Positions 1-4,753 of a stretch of 5,617 bases of DNA are shown one piece after another; within the stretch, counting starts at the first letter, position 1; each line of letters opens with the position of its first letter. The stretch comes from a virus. The stretch covers positions 1-5,617 of the IMG/VR virus record IMGVR_UViG_3300045988_000590; one strand, written 5' to 3'. The notes under the pieces were generated by a model. It worked only from the letters and a program-made list of their open reading frames with translations. It had not been told where the DNA came from and did no database searches. The translations under genes and the position numbers were made by a program.

Positions 1-55
1 GAAAAGCAGCATCGGCCTTTAAAGACAGCTGGGAAAAAGGCGGGAAAAACATCAC
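1..55. repeat. Left copy of an exact 55-nt terminal direct repeat (circular-genome assembly overlap)
   Basis: gaaaagcagcatcggcctttaaagacagctgggaaaaaggcgggaaaaacatcac occurs at 1-55 and again at 5563-5617. The repeat lies inside the VP2 coding frame, so it is not a biological terminal repeat. Confidence 0.95.
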
Positions 56-110
56 ACCATACACGTCAATCAATCCTAATCAGATAATGGGCGCATATAG
101 AGGAGATTAA
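1..110 (+). CDS. VP2: 3' end of the VP2 (DNA pilot / minor capsid) gene, continuing across the circular junction from 4782-5617
   Basis: Positions 1-55 are identical to 5563-5617. 5562 is divisible by 3, so the reading frame is preserved across the junction. The frame reads ...KNITPYTSINPNQIMGAYRGD and stops at TAA 108-110. With 4782-5562 this gives a 296-aa protein. Confidence 0.8.
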   Translation, partial: KAASAFKDSWEKGGKNITPYTSINPNQIMGAYRGD

Positions 111-285
111 GTTTTCAACAGTTTCAACAGTTTCAACAGGTTTTCAACAAAGAAAAACACAAAAAAATTGGCCGTTAAAGAACTTTCAACAATTCAACAA
201 GTTTTCAACAAAACTTTCAACAAAAAAGAAGGTGATAAATATACGTATCAACGCTAAAAATTAGACTATTCAACAGTTTAAACAG
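111..285 (+). repeat. Iteron-like array of TTCAACA / GTTTCAACA repeats in non-coding DNA
   Basis: Perfect TTCAACA at 114, 123, 132, 143, 185, 193, 204, 216 and 269. Degenerate copies at 246-253 (tatcaacg) and 276-284 (gtttaaaca). The array has two clusters of four (114-149 head-to-tail with 9-11 nt period, and 185-222) plus a third pair. All copies share one orientation. No ORF with a ribosome-binding site is present. Confidence 0.9.
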
Positions 286-288
286 GGC

Positions 289-303
289 CTACTACTACTA
301 CTA
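289..303. repeat. (CTA)5 microsatellite
   Basis: ctactactactacta read directly at 289-303, in non-coding DNA. Confidence 0.9.
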
Positions 304-422
304 CAACAAGTAATAGATAGAGCAAATAAAGTAAAATAAAAGCCCTTCCGCGCAAAGCTAAGGTTTCCCAACACAGGGACACCAAAGAGACAAAAAGAAG
401 AAGAGCATAAGAGTAGTAAAAC

Positions 423-453
423 AGGGGCCGTCAAACTACCGTTGACGGCCCCT
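423..453. other. Perfect 12-bp GC-rich stem-loop (candidate terminator and/or ssDNA origin hairpin)
   Basis: aggggccgtcaa (423-434) pairs perfectly with ttgacggcccct (442-453). The loop is actaccg (435-441). It is followed by ttt on + and by gtttta on the complement. Confidence 0.7.
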
Positions 454-457
454 TTGC

Positions 458-485
458 GACAGCGTCCCCTAACGCGGGGACTGTC
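458..485. other. Second, imperfect stem-loop immediately after the first
   Basis: gacag (458-462) pairs with ctgtc (481-485). After a 2-nt bulge, tcccc (465-469) pairs with gggga (476-480). The loop is taacgc. Confidence 0.5.
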
Positions 486-507
486 ACATCGATAGATGCT
501 AAGGTAT

Positions 508-542
508 TGCGCGCACGCGCGCGAAACGCGCACGCGCACGCA
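508..542. repeat. Alternating pyrimidine-purine CpG-rich tract (two 16-nt blocks separated by AAA)
   Basis: tgcgcgcacgcgcgcg (508-523), aaa, cgcgcacgcgcacgca (527-542). Every position within each block alternates Py-Pu. gcgcacgcgc is directly repeated at 511-520 and 528-537. The two blocks can also pair as a hairpin (13 of 16 positions). Confidence 0.8.
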
Positions 543-574
543 ATTTAAATCAAAAACGAAAGAGAGGTGTCAAC

Positions 575-605
575 TGGCGCAAGATAGACAAGTAAGCTTG
601 CGCCA
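575..605 (+). promoter_or_regulatory. 9-bp inverted repeat ending 5 nt upstream of the Rep start codon
   Basis: tggcgcaag (575-583) pairs with cttgcgcca (597-605). The loop is 13 nt. The Rep ATG is at 611 and no Shine-Dalgarno lies between. Confidence 0.5.
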
Positions 606-610
606 AACCT

Positions 611-1609
611 ATGCCATGTACAAATCCGAATGTTTTCCAGATGAACACGAAAAAGCCAACCATGTGGGGAAGTCTAAACTACCTAAAGAAACAGAACCTA
701 GAACAAACCATCATGGACGGCGTAAAAAAAGGAAACCTTGCATTATTGCCATGCGGAAAATGTGAATACTGCCGAAAACAGATGGCAGACCAATGGGCAA
801 CGAGAATAGAACTAGAGGCCCAAAAATGGAAAGATGTGATTTTCGTTACAATGACCTACGACGAAGAACACGTTCCATACGGCGAAATTCTAAAAGGATA
901 CCAAAGTATTCAATCTCAAACAGTAAGCAAAAGAGACGTGCAGCTTTTTCTAAAGCGTCTCAGAAAAGCATACAAGAAGCCGATAAAATACTTCATAGCA
1001 GGAGAGTACGGAGACAAAACAAAAAGGCCACACTACCACGGAATTTTTTTCGGACTAAAACCAAAGGATGGAGTATGGTACAAAAACCAAAAGGGCAACG
1101 CGTACTTTAAGAGCGAATGGCTAACGAACTTATGGGGAAAAGGCTTTGTAGACTTTTCCCCAGCAGCACCGGGTTCCTACGCATATGTGGCACAGTACGT
1201 CAATAAAAAAGCAATCGGCGCAGAGCAGAGCGCAAAATACTGGATGCAAGGCCGTGAACCAGAGTTTAGAATCATGTCAAAAGGCATCGGGGAAGAGTAC
1301 CTAAAAGAGCACATGAACGAAATACTAGAAACCGACAACATCACATGCGCAGGAGGACGGCAGAAAAGGCCACCAAGATACTTTGACAAGCTTCTTGATA
1401 AAGAAGATACCAAAAAAGACACTGAAAGCTATTTCAAGGCTCATTCTGACAAGCTGAGAGCGGTAAGAGCCAAAAGACGAAGAAACGCAGTGCTAAGCCT
1501 TGTAAACTTAGAGCAAAACAACAGTGTTCCATACTCAACATACCTAGAGATACAAAAAGAAAAAAACAAGCAAAAACAAAAGTGGAGAGAACCAAAAGAG
1601 ATCTTATAA
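611..1609 (+). CDS. VP4: Rolling-circle replication initiator, Microviridae VP4 / HUH endonuclease
   Basis: 332-aa ORF. The N-terminus MPCTNPN and PCGKCEYCR (nt 749-775) are typical of gokushovirus VP4. RCR motif 1 is FVTMTY (842-859). The HUH motif is PHYHGIFFG (HYH at 1031-1039). The tyrosine motif is YAYVAQYVNKK (1178-1210). It ends at TAA. Confidence 0.93.
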   Translation: MPCTNPNVFQMNTKKPTMWGSLNYLKKQNLEQTIMDGVKKGNLALLPCGKCEYCRKQMADQWATRIELEAQKWKDVIFVTMTYDEEHVPYGEILKGYQSIQSQTVSKRDVQLFLKRLRKAYKKPIKYFIAGEYGDKTKRPHYHGIFFGLKPKDGVWYKNQKGNAYFKSEWLTNLWGKGFVDFSPAAPGSYAYVAQYVNKKAIGAEQSAKYWMQGREPEFRIMSKGIGEEYLKEHMNEILETDNITCAGGRQKRPPRYFDKLLDKEDTKKDTESYFKAHSDKLRAVRAKRRRNAVLSLVNLEQNNSVPYSTYLEIQKEKNKQKQKWREPKEIL

Positions 1610-1674
1610 CCAATAAAGCAAAACGCCTGCAGCGGGCAAGTGTGCGCAACGTCAAAATTTTTCAACGAAAAACC

Positions 1675-1703
1675 TTGACTTTTGCACACACTGACAATAT
1701 AAT
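1675..1703 (+). promoter_or_regulatory. Near-consensus sigma70/sigmaA-type promoter for the late (structural/lysis) gene block
   Basis: TTGACT (1675-1680), a 17-nt spacer, then TATAAT (1698-1703). An A/T-rich stretch aaaattttt lies upstream. It sits in the Rep-to-ORF8 gap, about 30 nt upstream of the ATG at 1734. Confidence 0.65.
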
Positions 1704-1733
1704 AAAACCAGAACGCAGAAAGGAGGTAACACA

Positions 1734-1850
1734 ATGGCACATCGTAGCGGCGCAGGCCGTGGCGATCAACGGAAGTTTACACAGACCGCAAAGCGGACGA
1801 AAAACATCAACGTCCGGCCGAAGGTCAGCCGGGGCGGCATCCGGCTGTAA
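1734..1850 (+). CDS. Small arginine/lysine-rich DNA-binding protein (functional analogue of phiX174 J / gokushovirus ORF8)
   Basis: AGGAGG at 1721-1726 lies 7 nt before the ATG at 1734. The 38-aa product is MAHRSGAGRGDQRKFTQTAKRTKNINVRPKVSRGGIRL, with 11 R/K and 1 D. The C-terminal RGGxRL ending matches what I recall for small basic microvirus proteins. It is below the length cutoff of the ORF track. Confidence 0.75.
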   Translation: MAHRSGAGRGDQRKFTQTAKRTKNINVRPKVSRGGIRL

Positions 1851-1884
1851 TGTTCCAAACGGAACAATGAAAGGAGGTGAACAA

Positions 1885-1992
1885 ATGGACTTTAATGAAA
1901 GCATGAACATCTTTCTGAAAATTCTCGCAATGCTGGATAAGATTTACCACGCAATTGTGAAGGAAGAGGAAGAGACTGAAGAGGAAGAGTAA
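1885..1992 (+). CDS. 35-aa hypothetical protein, amphipathic N-terminal helix with poly-Glu tail
   Basis: AGGAGG at 1872-1877 lies 7 nt before the ATG at 1885, the same aggaggt(g)aaca..atgg context as the 1734 ORF. The product is MDFNESMNIFLKILAMLDKIYHAIVKEEEETEEEE. The stop TAA (1990-1992) is 1 nt before the peptidase ATG. An alternative in-frame ATG at 1867 lacks an SD. The 136-aa track ORF 1582-1992 starts at a GTG inside Rep and is not credible as a whole. Confidence 0.55.
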   Translation: MDFNESMNIFLKILAMLDKIYHAIVKEEEETEEEE

Positions 1993-1993
1993 G

Positions 1994-2389
1994 ATGCCAC
2001 GTGAAGAATACAGCTTATTTAATCAGAGCACCCACCAGATAAGTGAACACTTCAAAGTAAAAGAATTTGCACAAAAAGACTTCCGATGCGACAAGGTAAT
2101 TGTGGACACAGAACTTATAGACGTTTTGGAAGATATACGCGCACATTTCAACAAACCGGTGATTGTAACATCTGGATACCGGACACCAGAATACAACGCA
2201 AAAATCGGCGGTGTAAAAAACTCACAACACACAAAAGGCACGGCGGCCGATATCCAAGTATCTGATATTCCGGCAAGATGGGTACAAAAGTATCTGAAAG
2301 ACAAATATCCAAATAAATACGGCATCGGAAGTTATTTAACTTTCACACACATAGACATAAGAGCTAAAAAAGCACGTTGGAGGGGCTAA
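1994..2389 (+). CDS. Zinc D-Ala-D-Ala carboxypeptidase-like cell-wall peptidase, M15 family (Peptidase_M15_3 / M15A-like)
   Basis: 131 aa. It carries SEHFKVKEF, SGYRTPEYNAKIGGVKNSQHTKGTAADI and FTHIDIR. This is the H-x6-D...H zinc triad (H79 at nt 2228-2230, D86, H119) and the SGYR..N..GG..S.H..G.A.D signature of this family. No N-terminal hydrophobic signal is present. Confidence 0.9.
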   Translation: MPREEYSLFNQSTHQISEHFKVKEFAQKDFRCDKVIVDTELIDVLEDIRAHFNKPVIVTSGYRTPEYNAKIGGVKNSQHTKGTAADIQVSDIPARWVQKYLKDKYPNKYGIGSYLTFTHIDIRAKKARWRG

Positions 2390-2392
2390 AAA

Positions 2393-2647
2393 ATGACACT
2401 GAAATTCTACAGTTTTCACGATGCAATCACGAATGGCTACAGCAGCCCTTTCTTGCAGCAGAACAGGGCGCAGGCAATCCGAACCGCAAAGTGGAAGGCA
2501 AACGAGTCCAAACTGCAGGAAATCGAGGACATCAGTTTGGTAGAGCTGGGCGACTTCAACACGGAAACCGGCGAAATGTTCGGAGCAAAACCGAACCAGC
2601 TGTGCAAGCTGGTAGACCTTAAGGAGACGTACAATGCTAAATCCTAA
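2393..2647 (+). CDS. VP5-like non-structural protein (gokushovirus ORF5 family, proposed ssDNA synthesis/packaging role)
   Basis: GGAGGGG at 2379-2385 lies 7 nt upstream of the ATG at 2393. The 84-aa product has FYSFHDAITNGYSSPFLQQNRAQAIR and EDISLVELGDFNTETGEM. These match the remembered VP5 pattern (..yD.....y..PF......A.R.f ... eD..L.e.G.fd..tG). Confidence 0.75.
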   Translation: MTLKFYSFHDAITNGYSSPFLQQNRAQAIRTAKWKANESKLQEIEDISLVELGDFNTETGEMFGAKPNQLCKLVDLKETYNAKS

Positions 2648-3065
2648 CGTTCTGGTACGGTACTACGGAATGCCAACCGAAAGAGTGACAAGCAAAACCG
2701 GCAGCGAAACGGCACCAACGTGGAAAGCGGTAAAGCGACCGAACGGCAAAACGGACTACATCCGACAACCGGATGAAAATGTCTACGAAAAAATTCAGAA
2801 GGCGGGCGAGGGGTACGACCTCGCAAGCGCAATCGCGAGACTAGAAGCCGGAGATTTTTCCATCAAAGCAAAGAGCACAATCTACACAGAAGGCACGCCA
2901 CTGGAAAATCTGCCTAAAGACATCGTGACGATGCACGAAACGGCACAGAGGGCAGCGGAAACGCTGGAACAGCTGAAACAGACACAGAAGACCGAACAGC
3001 CGAAGCCGGAAGAGAAGCCGGAAGAAAAAAAAGAGGAGGTGAAGCAGAACGAACCGGAACAGTGA
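2634..3065 (+). CDS. Putative internal scaffolding protein (VP3-like) with E/K/P-rich C-terminal tail
   Basis: AAGGAG at 2621-2626 lies 7 nt before the ATG at 2634. It overlaps the VP5-like stop by 14 nt. It is 143 aa and sits directly upstream of VP1. The segment TEGTPLENLPKDIVTMHETAQRAAETLEQL loosely resembles the VP3 'D.t.lP......a...F..L' region. Coding status is likely. The functional call is tentative. Confidence 0.6.
   Translation: MLNPNVLVRYYGMPTERVTSKTGSETAPTWKAVKRPNGKTDYIRQPDENVYEKIQKAGEGYDLASAIARLEAGDFSIKAKSTIYTEGTPLENLPKDIVTMHETAQRAAETLEQLKQTQKTEQPKPEEKPEEKKEEVKQNEPEQ
3002..3025 (+). repeat. Perfect 12-nt tandem duplication inside the VP3-like gene
   Basis: gaagccggaaga at 3002-3013 and again at 3014-3025. 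It encodes the repeated KPEE/KPEE part of the low-complexity tail. Confidence 0.9.
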
Positions 3066-3090
3066 AAGCCATTTCGCGCAAGTACCGAGA

Positions 3091-4743
3091 ATGGAAAGAC
3101 CGCGATCAAAATTTGACCGCGGTCATCAGCTTTTGACGACCATCAACGAAGGCGAACTGGTACCAATCTATATGGATGAAGTGCTGCCGGGTGACACGGC
3201 ACGGATACAGCTTAACGGGCTTATTCGTATGAGCACACCTATCTATCCCATCATGGATAACTGCTACATGGACACATATTTCTTCTTTGTGCCTGCAAGA
3301 CTTTTGTGGGAACACTTTGAAAATATGTTCGGTGAAAACGACACCGACTATTGGGCAGAAGATACAGAGTATTCCACTCCTAAATGCACCATCGGCGGCA
3401 CCAGCGGCCTTGAAAATGGTTCCATCGGTGACTACTTCGGACTGCCGACACAGGTAACGAACGCGCTGGAAGTAAACGCATTACCTGCACGAGCATACTG
3501 CAAAATTTACAACGAGTGGTTCAGAGATGAAAATCTCGAAGCGCCGCTTATGTTGGGATACAAAAAAACGGATGACGGTGGAACGACCGCAGACGCAAGC
3601 AAAGTAACCGAAAATGCAAACGCTCTCGACCAGACGACCAACACCAACGAAGCAACGCTGTATGCAATGAAACCGGCAAGGGCGGGCAAATTCCACGATT
3701 ATTTCACATCTTGCCTTCCTTCGCCGTTGAAAAATGCAGAACCGGTAACACTGCCAATGGCAGGAGCAGCGGGAGTATATGCATACTCAGACAAAGAACT
3801 TAAAAATAAAACGGGACAAACAATAAACAGCTTTACAAGTCAAACAGATGCCGGAGGAACAACAAATCAAAGGCTTTACGATATGTTACTCTGGGAAGGA
3901 ACGCCGGCACAAACATATGTAGGAAACGGAACGGCAAAAGAAATAAGCTATCTCGGAGCAGACCTAAGCAACGTAACAGCAACAACCATCAACGACTTAC
4001 GACAAGCTATAGCGCTGCAGCACATCTTCGAAGCCGATGCCAGAAACGGCACGAGGTACAGAGAATTCCTTTCCGGGACATGGGGCGTAACAAGTCCGGA
4101 CAGCCGTCTGCAAATTCCTGAGTACATCGGCGGGCAGCGCATTGCAATCAATGTGAATCAGGTGGTGCAGACCAGCCAGACAGACACCACGACCGGGCAG
4201 GCACTGGGCAACACGGCGGCATACAGCCTGACAACCTGTTCAAAACAGATGGCAGACTATGCAGCAACGGAGTACGGCTATATCATCGGTCTGGCAGTGG
4301 TACGAGTGGAACACAGCTACCAACAGGGCCTTGGAACCAAATGGACGCGCGGCGGTCGTTTCACGTACTACGACCCACGTCTTGCAGCACTGGGTGAACA
4401 GCCAGTATACAATCGCGAGATCTACGCAGACGGAAGCGAAAAAGATAGCCAGATTTTTGGCTATCAGGAAGCTTGGGCGGATTACCGCTACAAGCCTTCC
4501 TACGTAACCGGAGAAATGAGGTCAAACTATCAGACGTCTTTGGATGCATGGCACTATGCAGACGACTATGACAAGCTGCCGACACTGTCGGCGGAGTGGA
4601 TTCAGGAAGGACGTGAAAACATCGATAGAACTATTGCGGTAACGTCCGCAGTAAGCCACCAATTCTTGTGTGATTTCTGGTTCAATGAAACGTGGTTCAG
4701 GGAAATGCCTATCTATAGCATCCCGGGAATCGAAAGAATTTAA
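3091..4743 (+). CDS. VP1: Major capsid protein VP1 (Microviridae F-protein family)
   Basis: 550-aa ORF. RSKFDRGHQLLTTINEGELVPIYMDEVLPGDT followed by YFFFVP is the hallmark N-terminal block of Microviridae capsid proteins. Large T/N/G-rich insertions lie at aa ~158-190 and ~221-296. It ends at TAA 4741-4743. The true start is probably upstream of 3091 (see findings). Confidence 0.95.
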   Translation: MERPRSKFDRGHQLLTTINEGELVPIYMDEVLPGDTARIQLNGLIRMSTPIYPIMDNCYMDTYFFFVPARLLWEHFENMFGENDTDYWAEDTEYSTPKCTIGGTSGLENGSIGDYFGLPTQVTNALEVNALPARAYCKIYNEWFRDENLEAPLMLGYKKTDDGGTTADASKVTENANALDQTTNTNEATLYAMKPARAGKFHDYFTSCLPSPLKNAEPVTLPMAGAAGVYAYSDKELKNKTGQTINSFTSQTDAGGTTNQRLYDMLLWEGTPAQTYVGNGTAKEISYLGADLSNVTATTINDLRQAIALQHIFEADARNGTRYREFLSGTWGVTSPDSRLQIPEYIGGQRIAINVNQVVQTSQTDTTTGQALGNTAAYSLTTCSKQMADYAATEYGYIIGLAVVRVEHSYQQGLGTKWTRGGRFTYYDPRLAALGEQPVYNREIYADGSEKDSQIFGYQEAWADYRYKPSYVTGEMRSNYQTSLDAWHYADDYDKLPTLSAEWIQEGRENIDRTIAVTSAVSHQFLCDFWFNETWFREMPIYSIPGIERI

Positions 4744-4753
4744 GAAAGGAGGA

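Noticed and set aside
1-55. 55-nt terminal repeats as biological DTR/LTR or transposon ends
   Set aside because: The repeat lies inside the VP2 coding frame and joins it in phase. Its length matches a typical assembler k-mer. It is best explained as the overlap of a circular contig.
111-285. TTCAACA array as a CRISPR array
   Set aside because: The units are 7-9 nt with 0-5 nt between them inside clusters. CRISPR arrays have 25-40 nt repeats separated by unique spacers of similar length.
270-539. 89-aa minus-strand ORF spanning the intergenic region
   Set aside because: There is no SD. The translation is low complexity (SSSS comes from the CTA repeat and the CG tract). It runs through hairpins and repeats and is antisense to a genome whose real genes are all on +.
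496-765. 89-aa plus-strand ORF overlapping the Rep start
   Set aside because: There is no SD. It begins in the hairpin/CG-tract region. The product is a K/R/T-rich artefact of A-rich sequence. It overlaps the well-supported VP4 N-terminus in another frame.
793-1110. 105-aa very basic ORF overprinted in Rep (a possible analogue of phiX174 overlapping genes)
   Set aside because: There is no ribosome-binding site before its ATG. The K/R richness is what an off-frame reading of A/G-rich coding DNA produces. Nothing beyond the open frame supports it. Conservation in relatives would be needed.
1582-1992. 136-aa ORF from the track taken as a single gene
   Set aside because: It starts at a GTG inside the Rep 3' end, upstream of the promoter. 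Only its last 35 codons follow a proper SD. The 38-aa SD-led ORF in the other frame explains the middle part better.
2377-2622. 81-aa ORF (TTG start) overlapping the VP5-like gene
   Set aside because: It is in an alternative frame of a gene with recognisable family motifs. The product is a G/R/N-rich artefact. It has no independent SD.
3040-3065. TGA stop-codon reassignment to extend VP1 upstream or VP3 downstream
   Set aside because: Reading through TGA 3040 gives a K/R-rich frame with another TGA at 2974 and no ATG. Reading through the VP3 TGA runs into further TGAs. Seven of the eight genes end in TAA, which is compatible with the standard code.
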